Shown one piece after another: positions 51,187 through 64,000 of a DNA stretch of 64,000 nt. The stretch is from Chrysomallon squamiferum (lineage: Eukaryota; Animalia; Mollusca). Where the stretch lies: NCBI GenBank assembly GCA_012295275.1, contig CM022673.1, positions 20,088,001 to 20,152,000 of the forward strand, given 5' to 3'. The position numbers and the translations under genes are program-made. Under the pieces are notes generated by a model that saw nothing but the letters and a program-made list of their open reading frames with translations, was not told the origin of the DNA and did not search any database. Each line of letters starts with the position of its first letter. Position 1 is the first letter of the stretch.

Positions 51187-51847
51187 CTTGAAGAATTGAC
51201 AAATGCTTGGTAGACGCTATCGTTGAAAAAAAAAAAACACACCAAAAAACAAAACAACAACGGACAAACCATTAACTACATGATATGACACGGGTGAAAT
51301 GCGAGGTGGAACGGATGTTGTTCACTATTGTAGCGTTCAACGCAAGTATCGACGGAGATTTCACGAAATGTTGAAATAAAATATATTACGAACGAGTATA
51401 TCAATTGTCGATGACGGTAATAACAATTAATATTGAATGTATTTATTTAATGAATATACTATTAAAATTCTTGATAACTGATATTTTTATTTTTATTTAT
51501 TTATTTATTATTATTATATTTTTATCTTTATATACAGATAGACAGAAATTTATGATGACCATTATATATGCGTCTTCCTACATACTTATAAAATCAAATT
51601 TAAAAAACAAATTTTTTGTTTTAGACGGACCTACCACTTAGGAATAAAGTATCTATATATATTTTTCAACGAACACGTGTGGGCAAATTTTAATTATATA
51701 GATAAGTTCGTAGTAATAGTAATTAGTTATTAAGAATATACAACATGTTCTCACGGTAATATTTTTTATTATTGCAATCTTGTCACCATTTTCTTGTTTT
51801 TTTCTAACGTTTTTATTTATTTATTTATATATAAATTTGTGATATAC

Positions 51848-53600
51848 CTTTAAAATCATATTTTCCAATGGTCTGTTATTGGATTATCCAGAATAATAAA
51901 AATCACTACTCTGTTAACATGGCCTGAAAACGTACAGGAGAGTTCCATTATTTCAGCGACTTCGACAATGCCCGCTTTCTATTTTAAAAACGCTATTTTC
52001 GAAAAGACGACTGCTTAAAAATAACAAATAAATAAATAAACTTGAATCGACAAGGTGCCTTTGCGGCACTTTATTTATTTATTTATTTATGAGATTTATT
52101 TTGAACATTTGGCGACTACAATTTTATAACTTGTTGTATGCACTGATGACAGTGATGTGTTATATTACTTATTGATATTGAACAAACATTTACGTTGCAA
52201 GTATTTTGAAACCTGTGCTTATTTTCTGTTATTATCATTATATGTACTAGAATGGGATACTGAAGAAAACCTGTTCTACAGATATTGTATATCACTCTGA
52301 TATTAACCTTTTTCACTCACATTTTCATCCTGTGTAAACTTATATTATCTGTCTGAATAATGAGTTCAAAATAATTTATTGTTTGAATAAGAGGATACAT
52401 ATCTTCGCAGTAGCAGTATGCTGTCTGGTGATTCGCATCAATCTTTAGATTAGAAACCAATTAAAAATTAAGTTGTTAACGGATAAAACAATACGCTTGA
52501 CAGAATCACTGTGACCGTTTCAAACATATTAAATTTAACAAAAATAGTGAATATACATTAATTATTTATATATTAACTATTTCAAGTCACTGGATTCATA
52601 CAAATTATTTTCTTTTTTATGAAATAGAAAATGCATTAATCGTGCATGTATATGTAGATCAACTTGTAGAGCATAACAATATTAATATAATATTATTGAA
52701 AGACACAGTAAATACACTAAATATCATCCATACTACTACAGTTTAATAAGTTATTAATGTTTTGGTTCTAGTTACAGATCATAATAATTAAGAATCCAAA
52801 GAGGCGCATGGAAGCACTGCAATCTTACATGGATTTCAAATGTCCATGTGTAAAAACAGACGCTTGAACATTTTCAATTGTATCCACGAAAGCTACTTGA
52901 TTTATGTATGAAATAAACTTTGAAGATATATATTAAATATTTAAATGATATTAAATTTTTTAAGACCAAATTACAAATTTCTTTCAATTAATATATATTA
53001 TTGTGTGCGTGCACACACACAAACACATAAAGGTTGGAAACAAATAGGCAGAAGTCATTATAAATTATCTTTGATAATCATGTAAAGAATGATCAACACA
53101 TGTTCAGAATACACAAATCGTTTGTTCTAATGTCTAGAGATTATAATCAATCCTATGTGTATGAACTTTCTCATCCCTTGTGCCATACAGATATTCCACC
53201 ACATATTTAATTACGTACTCGTGTAACATGTTAACGAAATATGCCCAGACTGTTAAAATAGCACTGATAAAAGAGTAGTTTAAGAATAAAGTTAATAATA
53301 TTAATAAATAATTTGAAGAATTGTAGTAGTGATTACCATAACACACACACACATATTACATCCAACATTATTTCCGTTATTATTCAAATTTATAATAACA
53401 AATAAATAAAAATACACCATATATGATTCTATTTTCAAAGTTATTTTCCTAAATTTTAAGACTATAATTACAACAAACTTCATTAAATACCACTACCGTG
53501 TTTATCACCTGGATCAAAGTTATGTCTTCTTTATCTACATCTGTCGAAATCACTTGTGGTCCTTTCAGAATGAAAGTTACGAGATAGCCGGTGATTTTTA
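51848..53600 (-). pseudogene. Possible decayed multi-exon gene of unknown family (exon-like segments at about 53600-53497, from 53249 downward, 52442-52321 and 52013-51848)
   Basis: The segments are CpG-richer than their flanks and bounded by AG/GT. 52442-52321 is open (IDANHQTAYCYCEDMYPLIQTINYFELIIQTDNISLHRMK) and joins in phase to 52013-51848, which contains stops. 53600-53497 is open (LKITGYLVTFILKGPQVISTDVDKEDITLIQVINT). Confidence 0.3.
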
Positions 53601-55372
53601 GTATTGTTAACGATCAACAAACAGAAATGTTATGAAAACAACAGATGCTATAAATTGTTAATTAATTATTGTTTTAGGCATTAATTTTATTTATTTATTT
53701 GGGATTTACAATAACAAAGGTTTTCATAGCCTAAAATTTAAGTAAAGATGCATAGTCATGTCATATCGTATCATACTATCTTTGTTCAGATATATATGTT
53801 TTGAAGTTTGTAACATTTATATTCCCATTACGCGAGCTAGTCAAATGGACCTATCCTGTTTGTTGCAACCAAATTTGTTTTGGTAATTTTCTTTTCGAAG
53901 TCATAACATCATGAACTGGAAAATATGTCAGTATATTTACTAAGAAATGTCGCTTTAACATTGATTATGTCGTTTTGAATATAAATGATGTAACGTTTTT
54001 ATATATTTATGCGCACGTTTGAATGAATATTTGTGTTCTCCGTATCGTATAATAATCAGTAATAACACTTGATATTAACAGCAACTTTTAGTATTTAAAA
54101 AAAAAAAAAAAGGTGAACCGAAAATTTCCAAACATAGAGGAAAATAACGGCGCTATCTTAATTGCCTATTTTTATTTAAGTACACAAATTGAACTCGTTT
54201 ATATCGCCAGTAAATTCTAGTACAGAACACAAAAAGAAAAGAAAAAAGAAGAAATATCCCAAACTGTAAACATTTTATTTGGACAAATAGTCTTTACTTT
54301 AAAAGGAGTTTAAAATAGTAATAATTGTATTGAGAAGCTTCTTTGAATTTCACGTAATAAAAGCAACATGGCTTCAAACAACTACAATATTTTACTACCT
54401 AATTTATGGTTGATAAAGCTGATAACTGTAATAATATAGTCATCTGAAGTGGGTCAAAAGTCTTTGGTCAGTTATTTATTTACATTGTATATACCAGTAG
54501 GTCTTCATAATCACTTATGTACTATTTTAAATAACTGTCCTATGTAAGTGGTGATTTAATCAACTTTCTTCAACTGTCCAGTCTCACTGAACATCAGACA
54601 GTTAGTGGATGAATTTTAAAATCTGCTTGTTATATTGAAAACATCATTCATTAACAGTTATATATCTTTAAGGCCTCCCGACCAAATAAGATTCCTTCAA
54701 ATCAAAGAACTAATGTTTCTTTTTCTGAGTACTACAGAGCCACTTTTTAAATTTTAATACTACCACTTTACATACATTATTTCATAATAAAAGATAAATA
54801 ATTTTTAATAATAGAAATTTTATAGCTTTAATTATCTCAGTATCTCAGTTTGTAAATTTTAACTGATTTTTGATAATTAAAGATTAATTAATTTTTTCCA
54901 GGTCTGAATCCTAATCTCAAGGATTGCAGATGTAACATAAATGAATTTTGATCATTATTTACAAAACAAAGAACTCCTGTTTGAAAACACATCAACAGTT
55001 TTTAATATAAATATAAATCTGATATGCTTTTTTATATAACAACAGTTTATGTGTTGAATAAGCTGAACACTATTAAAATTTTGAAAACATTTACAATATT
55101 AGAAAATCATTCTCTTTCTTTGACACACACTTCTTCAAATTAATAATAATTTTGTTTAAATCACTCGGTGCTACACAATTTCAATGATATCCTCTTTACA
55201 AGGTCTAAACATTCAACTGCAACTGATATGATTTCCACTTCTGCTTTGGTATTTAATAAAAAAACAAAAAAACAACAACATTTCTATAAATGTAAAAGAA
55301 ACACACACACACACACACACACACTTGCACACTCTCTCTTTCTCTCTAATCAGTTAAACATTTTTTTTTTTT

Positions 55373-55403
<31 letters not shown>

Positions 55404-55404
<1 letters not shown>

Positions 55405-58400
55405 TATAAATATTCCAAAACATACTCTGGATATGTCTGAGAACTCTCAAACATCACAAATATTGATGGATTGTTAACATTATTCACAGCTGAATCAAAT
55501 GGTCGGAGTTTACGATCACTGAAATCAGGAGGTGGGCGTCTCATATTCCTATTACCAAGTGTCATTCTACCACACAAAACCCTAGCACATATCATCAGTT
55601 GTGAAGATGGTGTTCTAATTTCAGATGTTAGTGATGGCGGTAGTGGGAAAGCATTAGTTGAGGTTGGAGGTGGAACAGTGGGGCCAGAGCTGTAATATGC
55701 AGAATAATGTGCATCTCTGGCAAAATAAGTACCTGTTGAAAAAAAAAATAAAAAAATAAAAAAAATAAATGTGTTTTTTTAACTATCTGGTGAAGATAAT
55801 TCCAGGATAATTCAATACTTCTAACTATCTAATCTGAAATAAGAGGTGTAATTGTATTTTTAATAAAACTGGCATGGCACAGCAATAATTTTCTCCTGGG
55901 TTAAAATAAACTTTAATTTTACAGATGGATGATATGTTGAATAAAAATATATAATTATTAATCAAACTATATATTACATAAAAACAAATATTTAATACCT
56001 TGTCCAAATGCAGTTCCATGTTCACCACATACACGCCAGTCAAATCCTTCTTTACAAATAATCCCAACTTTTTCTACTTTTGAACCATGAAATAAGAGTC
56101 TTTCGTTCAGATTCTCCTCCCCAAAATCTTCCATCTTGTGCTTCCTCGTCCTGTTGAAAAATAATACATTTTTTTTATAACAAATATTTCAATGGAAAGA
56201 GTAAAAAGAAAAGAAAAAAGTGATAGAGAACAAAAATGTTTAATTTTCAAATAGTTTCATAATGAAGTTCTACCGCATAGCTGCTTTCTGACATGAAACA
56301 ATCCCTATTTTACAGAAGCTTTTTTAAATAAAATTCCGAATTATTATTTAATCTGCTCATAAATAATATCCATTAGACAAATGGGATTTTCTGTTTCCCC
56401 TTTGACCAAGGAATATTTTTGGTAAATATATAATTTAATAATCAGGCACCACCCCTTCTTTCTTCCATACTATTAGATGCATTATTCACATAAATCTTCA
56501 GGCAAATTCAAATTCTATGACTGTGTTAAATTATATAGATTACTCACTATGAAACTTTCACTGATTACAAAATGTAAATGACATTAAAGAAAATAAATTT
56601 TAAAAAAATATGCTTTTTGAAAGGTACACTAAAACAAGAAAGAAAATAATATAATTAAAACAGAGAATGTTTAAAAAAAAAAAAATTGCTTACAACAAAT
56701 ATTTCTGCCAAAGTCTTGGGTTCTGAATTCGTTTTATTGATGCCACTCTATCAGGTAGCATTGTTTCACAAAATCTTTTTAAAACTGTGAAATATTCTTC
56801 TGATTCATGATGAAGAGTAACACAAATATAGTCCTAACAAATAAACATATGCTTATAACAATATTAATAATAACAAAACAACAGTTACAATAATTATAGT
56901 ATGAGAACATAAAAATAGAAGCAGTGAATAAAATGAACTTATTTTGAAAACACATTGAATGTTTTTCAAAAATAAAACTCATGGAAATGTAATGCTTTGT
57001 ATACTTTAATAATAATGATGTCAAACTAATTAACACACATCACACTGAAACTCTTCTGAACTGAATACCCTTGGGACTGAATCAATTGTTCTATTTAGCG
57101 ATGTCAGATTTACCAATGTTCAAGAAATAAGATATGGAAAAGATATTGACATAACTTTGAAATTTATGTATTAAATTCAGAATTACTAATTTTGCTAATT
57201 AAACATTTAACTGTTTAATTAAAATGCAGTGAGTTAAATCCATGGCTTCTTTGCCAGTCACCTATTGAAACTCAGGTTCAACCAGCAACAAATTCACTGG
57301 AAGGATGTGCACAGTGTACATTTATTTCTTTTACAAACATAAAGGAGTTAAATGAAAGATGAATGCTTTTCAATGGATTTTCAACTCAATTAGAACATTG
57401 TTGCATTGTTTTATCTCTGAAAAATGAACAGTGGTTATTTTCACTGGTTAAAGCAGTGTCTGTCACTGGACCAAGAAATAAGTTTGGTTTACAGAGGATT
57501 AGAGATATAGAAGTTTCACTGCATTTATATCAAAAGAGAGAGAGATAAAAAACCAAACAGAAAGAAATTTAAAAAACAATGCAATACAATTCATAACTGT
57601 GAATACAAGTTTATGCTCTGAATCTGCATTCACAGAATCTCTGCCCCAAGTAAGATTCCAGTAATGTAAAATTAAAGTAAGTAAGATGAAATATTTGATC
57701 ATCTGATGAAATATAAGAAATTAAATATGTTAATTTGGTTTGGTTAGATATTACATTTTTATGATGATTATAACAATAATAACTACTACTACACCAGAAC
57801 ATCAATAATAATATCAACAACTATAGTGTTAGTAAATTACTAACAGTATCTTTTTCTGGCATTGGTGCCCAGTGTTGTGGCAATCCATCAACACTGGAAA
57901 GAGCTGTGGTTGAAGAAAGCATGGGATTGCAATATCTATGGTCTCTTTCATTCACTGGCTTCTTGCAATAGCGGCAGCAGATCTGGAAATATAATAAATC
58001 AATGCTAAACAAACACACACACACACACCCCTTGCTGCAGTTTCATTAACATTTTGAAATGTTAGGGATATTGGTCATATATAGTGATTTGTAAGTAAAA
58101 ATATACTTTCAATAAACTGGTAATAAACTAAATAATTTAACTCTTATTTCTACTTGCACCTGTTTATTTTGTTATTACTCAGTATTCACATTAGAAACCT
58201 TTTTTTCCACTGCCACTTAATAAATTTCAGATTTGTAACATTCCTACAAATGTTACTTTTTCAGTATTAATGTTTCAAAAAGTATTAAATAGATTGGTAA
58301 TCATTATAATTAGTCAGCATATTCTGGTACTTGACTGGTCAGTAAACAGTTCAAATAACATTTGGGACAGAAACTCATTTGGGAAAAAATCCCACATTTA

Positions 58401-61400
58401 ATGCTAATTAAAACAATACCAGCATGCAGTCTTGATTTGGACAGTGAAATTCCATGGTTTCTGGATCCATTTCAACAGGTAATCCACAATCAGGACACCT
58501 GAAAATAAAAATAAAATAATACTGACAGAAAATAGTTAATAAAGCTTTGACTGACTGCATAATCAGTTGATAATTCAAAAATGAAAACACAGCTCATTAT
58601 TTACAAAAATGAAAACCTCTTATTTCTTTCTGTTTAAATTCTGATTTTCATATTTTAAAGTACACAGATTACAAAAATATTTAACAAAAGGCTATTTTAA
58701 AAAATGCCAACAAAGAAATGTGACACAATTCACACATACATGAAGATATTGGGCAACCTTTTAATACTTTCTAGACATTCTTTGTCAAACATTTCCTGCA
58801 ACAGTTCAATCAAAATGGATGGAAAGATCTTCTTAGCTTCATCTAAAACAGAGAATTCTAGTATAACTGACAATGCTTTTAAATTAATTCTCAGTTACAT
58901 ACATTATACAAAAATTGTTAAAAATATTTTTTAAGCAAGCTTTAAAAAATGTGTTTAACATTATTAGTTTTTTAATAATATTTCTAAAGAAATGATCTCA
59001 GAAAGCGACTTTTTTTTTGAAAAATTATCTATTCTTACATACTAACCAAGAGGAATAAAACTGTCACAAAATTCAGCGGGACATTTAATTTGTGTCTGAA
59101 ACAAACAAAAAAGAATTATTAATATTTTCAGCATCAAGTCTTAATAGATAATCATCTGTAATTTATATATTCAGATACAGTTCAGATAATGAAAATTATT
59201 CATAATAATTAAGAAATAATTGTTAAATCCAGTTCTATAAGAAATTATAATTTAATATTGATTGGTTTTGTTTAATGTCTTACTCATTGTTTGTAGTAAA
59301 AAAAATAAAAAAATAAAATTATTTTTCTGTTTGTTACAGGCAAAAGTAGAGGGGAAGGTAAAGATGGGAATTCTTCTTGTGCTTCATAAGACACAACATA
59401 ATGCAGAGCAGATCAAAGCACTAGGTCAGAGAGAAAAAGAACAATAAAACTGATATATGTAATGTATATATATCTATACAAATGGTACTGGTGTACAGCA
59501 TTAAAAGGAAGCAACAAAATCAAAATAAAGAGTGGAGTATGAAAAAGAGACCATTATCATCCAAGGTATTTGCAGCATTGCTCATATTTTGAAACCTCAC
59601 CTGGAGATCCAGAGGCTTCAGGATAGCTGGACATTATATCAATCACCTTTGTGTTGCTTAAAATATACTTGTATGCACATATTTACTACAGAGAAATGCT
59701 ATAGCAGATAGGTGATGAAAATGTAAAACAGTCAAGGGTAATGTCAGAAAACAATGTACCTATATTATGTCAATAACATGCTGATAGAATACGAGAAATC
59801 TGTCTGGGATTGAGACATGGCATTAGTGACAAAAAATAAGTCAACAAAATTCAAAGAAGAATAACTGTTAGGCAGACTGCATTTACAAAGCATTATAATA
59901 TCTTCAATAGAAATCACAAAATTAGCATGAACTTACTTCCAACAAGGACATACAGCATGGAAACAAGGGATTAACTAAATAGTCAAAAGCAAACTAGCAG
60001 CCACACAAAGATGGAAAGTAGTAAGTAAAGCATCACATGTCAGGTCAGAAAAAATGAACATCTGGAAAAGAGAGAAAACAAAGGTTTTGGATGTGGGGGA
60101 ACTATTTAGAAGAAGGAAGTGGATTTGGACACGGTACACCAGTAGAATAAATATGAAGGTAAACAATTTAAAGCAGTTATGGACAAGCTTTTTCAAGTAG
60201 CGGGCTGCATCAGACATGGCTCATTATCAGGTGAGCTGTACTTCTAATAATGGTTATTTCCCTCATAAAATTAAGTGTGCCATTCAGAAAGTTCCATGGG
60301 TCACAGTTTGCTCATTACTGATCTAAAGGAAAATGAGCAAGACAATGGAGGACTGAACTCGAGGAAAGGAACAATCAGGATGAAAGTGCCAGAGAAAATG
60401 ATGTGGGGAGAAAATGCTGAGGCGTTTGACTAACACTGGAATACTCTAGCAGCATAAAGACTATGATAACATTCAGAAAAGTATATGCTACAGTAAATAT
60501 ATTGAAGAATAGTTTTTCTGTAACCATTATATAACCGGTTAAAGCCTATCCCATATAAAACACAGTGACTTACACAACTGGACAATATTTGATAGGAAAC
60601 ATATTTTATAAAGTGAACAACAAAAGAAACACAAACCTGTTTACTTTTTGCTAAAATATCTTTGACTTGTGTCTGCATGCACTTTTCACATAAAACATGG
60701 CCAAAACAACATTGTATCAGTTCATTGCATGATTTTGATGTATTACATTTACTGCATTCAAACAGATTGTAAATGTCTGTAAAAATAAAAATTTCAAATA
60801 TCAAGTAATAAAACATTGTTCACTGATGTTTGATGAATCAAAACCAGATATATAAAGAATAAATAAATTTACATAAACTCAAATTTTTAAAATATTTTTA
60901 AAAATGTGAACTTGTAAAACAAAAAGCATTAAATGTATGCAGAAATCTCATGTCAAATATTTGGATTTGCATTTTCTTTTTAAAAAAATATAATTTTTTC
61001 CATTTTTTTAAAATGAAAGAATGAAACTGTCAGTATAAAATTTTTATAGAAGGCAAAGTCCACAATAATATCAAAACTCTGATGAACAAAATAAAGATAT
61101 GAGGTTAAAACTACCATTATCTGTCCTCTTCACATCTGTCATTGAAATCACAAGTTTACTCATTTCATTTTGAGTGGGTTGCTCAAAATGTATAGGAGAA
61201 TCAGTATCCATTTCACTCTGATAACATGAAAAATACAATAGTTTATATAAAAAGAGAAAAAAAATGTATGCATTTCAAAATACATGCTATGTATGTGGAA
61301 ATTGTTTCTTTGTCTGTGGGAAAGTGCATGTACAAACAAGCATATATACATTCACTATACATCATAAACATATCTAACTATATAATCTTTATTCTTGTGT

Positions 61401-63167
61401 TAAAGTGTAAGATAATAATGTTTTATTAAATCAATATATGCACCTCAGATCTGTAATTCTTGGAATGTGCAGACTGTGTTGCCTTATTATCACAAGTTGG
61501 TGCCATGTTCTTTGATGCATTCTCTTCACCCAGAGATGATAAAAAATCCACATATTTCTGTGAATTCTTCACTATTTCAACCATACTGGAATGACTTTTA
61601 GTCTTTGCTTTCTTTTTGGATGACTGAGTCAAACAGATGATTTTCTTCCCTTTTACAATATCCTTACTTTTTCTGGTCTTTTTAGAGAAATCCTATTTAA
61701 CAATCAAACATAATATTTCCCAAATTTTTTAAACATTATTTCAATAAAACTTCTTTTTGTTTTCAAATAATAATTAAAAATTAAAATACTTTCATAGATC
61801 TATCAAATATATCATCTCAATTTTGTAAAGAAAGAAATAATTCAGTAATATGTAAGCATCGATCAGATATGGATGGCTTAAATCACAAGCATATCTCTAT
61901 CTGAGTGACAAGACAAATTAATTTTGGCCATTATACAAAATTTTAAATTGTTTGTTTGTTAATGTTATGGTATGAGAAGAGTATGCCAAATCATGAAGGG
62001 AGAAGTATTTTTGACCAAAAAAAATATCAGTTACCTGCACAAAATTTAATTTCTTTTTGGCTTGTCGTTCAATAGTTTTATCATATTCATGTTGAAAAGT
62101 ATGACTCAATCTTTCTGCTGACTTTATAGTTTCACAATCGATATTTTTCTGTACTCTTTCAGAGCACAGATTTATGTCTGGTGAAGATGTGTAAAGACTT
62201 GATGTGACCATAAACACTGTATCTGGTTTATCATCCAGTAGATCCAGATCATCATTGTCTGAGTTATTTGACACAATGTGTACTTTTTTCTCCATTGATA
62301 GTTCACCAAAATCAGATTTTGTTTCTGTCAGCGAGAGTTCTGTCTCAGAAAATCCACCATCTAGATGAACGGAATCACTGCTATAGGAATTGTAAGGATT
62401 AATCCAGGCTTTATTTTCAGATGTTTCAAAATTATCAGTTGTACTTTTGTTATTAGAACTTTTTGAATCTGTGAAACAATGTTTTGAATTTTTCCTATAA
62501 GAAGAGAGAGAGAAACTGTCTGTCTCTATTAACAGACCAGACTGATTTAATACATTAGACTCTGTACTCATCAGCTTTTCATTTGTCTGAATATCATTTT
62601 TAAGCAATCCATCAGCATCAGGTTGGTACTTGCAAGTATGTGTAAATGTGCTTTCTTTAATTACTTTTCTAACTTCTAAAAAATATTAAAATAAAATCAG
62701 TCACAAGAAAGGAATGGAATTAATATATGACAATAAATAACATGTATAAATTCATATTTTTGAAAAAATTGGATACAAAGAGAAAAACAGTATGAAATTG
62801 AAATGAAAACAAAAATGAAAGCTTGTGAAGGCCTGATCATAAATTAAGCTCAATCAGATGTTGTATATCCATCATGCTTTAGAACAGAATTTATAAAATA
62901 TACTTTCATTTGTTTTATTTATTCAGTAACTGAGGGCAACAACTGCGATGGATTTAATAATAACAATGATAAATAACAAATAAAAAAAAAAAGCACCAAG
63001 GTTAAAAGTATTATAAATATTACCAGATGAGTACATAAAGCAGTTTTTCTTGTGTCCATTCTTCCAGTGTTGTTTCTGACATTTTTCTCCACAATATCTT
63101 GTCACTTTGCATTGACTGCATCTGAGAGGTGCGTACCTACCACAAAGACTACATTTATCACCGAATC
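55404..63167 (-). CDS. MYND finger / RNF216-type RING1-IBR / PARP (mono-ADP-ribosyltransferase) fusion protein. Clean exons: 63167-63024, 62675-62035, 61692-61444, 61217-61115, 60776-60637, 59095-59047, 58857-58758, 58498-58420, 57982-57845, 56833-56694, 56150-55999, 55732-55404 (about 753 codons). Further 5' exons are frameshifted.
   Basis: MYND: CSLCGRYAPLRCSQCKVTRYCGEKCQKQHWKNGHKKNC. RING1: CSKC-x11-C-x3-H-x2-CEKC-x18-CPAEFC. IBR: CPDC-x14-CPNQDC-x4-CRYC-x8-HRYC. PARP: LPQHWAPM...RIQNPRLWQKY...NERLLFHGS...GFDWRVCGEHGTAFGQGTYFARDAHYS...ARVLCG...FDSAVNNVNNPSIFVMFESSQTYPEYVLEY. All 11 junctions are GT-AG and phase-consistent. Confidence 0.88.
59440..60170 (+). mobile_element. Fragment of an RTE-clade non-LTR retrotransposon (RT and post-RT region) inside the PARP-fusion gene intron, antisense to the host
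   Basis: The degraded translation IKIKSGV*KRD.LSSKVFAAL...LTWRSRGFRIAGHYINHLCVA compares with RTE GVRQGD.LSPKLF...W...G..I.G..L.HL.FADD. Downstream are GIETWH and NIWKREKTKVLDV...KWIWTRYTSR. Confidence 0.75.
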
Positions 63168-63240
63168 CTGCAATACAAAAACAATATTAACAGCAATGAA
63201 ATTATTACATACTATTACATACATATATGTCTTGAAATAC

Positions 63241-63816
63241 TTTCTGGCTCTATCCTGTCAAAATAATGTGAGTCTTAAAATCTGTTCCTGTGCCAAATTA
63301 AGATCTCATCAAAATCTCAGTGTTGAATGTTGTTCAAGCCATTTGGAAGATACTGGCCAACATTCAATTTTTCTCAGTATCGGAGATACATTTGGACTGG
63401 ATTATTCACCCAGTATTCAATTTAGATTGATAAATCTTCATTTTAAAATTGCTCAAATCATGCTGTTGGTTCATGCAGTATGCGTTCTTCAAGAAAGCAA
63501 AAATTTGAAGGTACTTTTACCGAGTCAGACATCAATGCTCTTCAGTTACTGTTAACCCATTGAAGCCTAACATTTTTCTCATTTATATTATATCAATGTG
63601 CATTAAGTATATAAATATAAGCATAACAAAAAATATTAATAAAGCATTGGAACCTGTTTCAAGGAGATGATTCAGACACTGTTCAAAGAAAGCTTCCTCT
63701 GACATTTATAACCAACCATCAAAGATTTTATGAGTCCTGATAATGCACTTTTTGATACCTCTGGTAAAACAGCTTTCAGTTTTCTAAGCAGAGCAGAATG
63801 TAATGTGTTGTCCATT
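63241..63816 (-). CDS. Probable 5' exons of the MYND-RING-IBR-PARP gene (63816-63654 with ATG at 63815, and 63566-63241), disrupted by frameshifts
   Basis: MDNTLHSALLRKLKAVLPEVSKSALSGLIKSLMVGYK, then a one-base shift at the A3 run (63705-63707), then MSEEAFFEQCLNHLLET. This ends in a phase-1 donor compatible with the MYND exon. The second segment is AG/GT-bounded and looks coding but needs several frameshifts. Confidence 0.5.
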
Positions 63817-64000
63817 CTGACATTTGTTACTAAGGTGAATACAACAGTTTATTACTAAACATTGTGTAATAATTTACAATTTAAAACAAAAAATAATAAT
63901 AAAATATAAATCCCACTTAATATACATGATTTATATTTTCTTTCGTTGATACAAAACAACAACTAAATTCATATTAAAAAATGTACTTATTATATATTAG

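Noticed and set aside
52026-52088. GTGCC-TTTGC-GGCAC hairpin flanked by (AAAT)n/(ATTT)n, resembling a rho-independent terminator
   Set aside because: The context is eukaryotic and most of the apparent pairing comes from simple repeats.
61124-61139. 16-nt reverse-complement match to RUVBL2 1011-1026 (ACAGATGTGAAGAGGA)
   Set aside because: It is short, does not extend, and is read in unrelated coding contexts, so it is most likely chance.

Overview
AT-rich, intron-rich eukaryotic DNA. It is metazoan; a protostome invertebrate such as a mollusc is my inference from the protein sequences and the TE content. By hand-splicing GT-AG exons I reconstructed five genes: the 3' end of RUVBL2 (+), a complete Ku70/XRCC6 (-, 19 coding exons, 601 aa), a complete DDB1 (+, 28 exons, 1139 aa, with one U12-type intron), a complete SPT2/SPTY2D1 (-, 6 exons, 861 aa), and an unusual multi-domain gene (-). 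That last gene reads CUE-like? / MYND finger / low-complexity linker / RNF216-type RING1-IBR / PARP7-11-12-type mono-ADP-ribosyltransferase domain, so the PARP domain sits where the catalytic RING2 of an RBR ligase should be. Other points of interest are an inverted 86%-identical copy of DDB1 exon 3 in intron 7 (possible ADAR editing-complementary sequence), a U2 recursive-splice-like motif inside the DDB1 U12 intron, a possible decayed multi-exon gene at 51.8-53.6 kb, and TE remnants (Tigger/pogo, hAT, Tc1/mariner MITE, FLYWCH-MULE, Ginger2, RTE LINE). All homology statements come from remembered family motifs; no database search was run.
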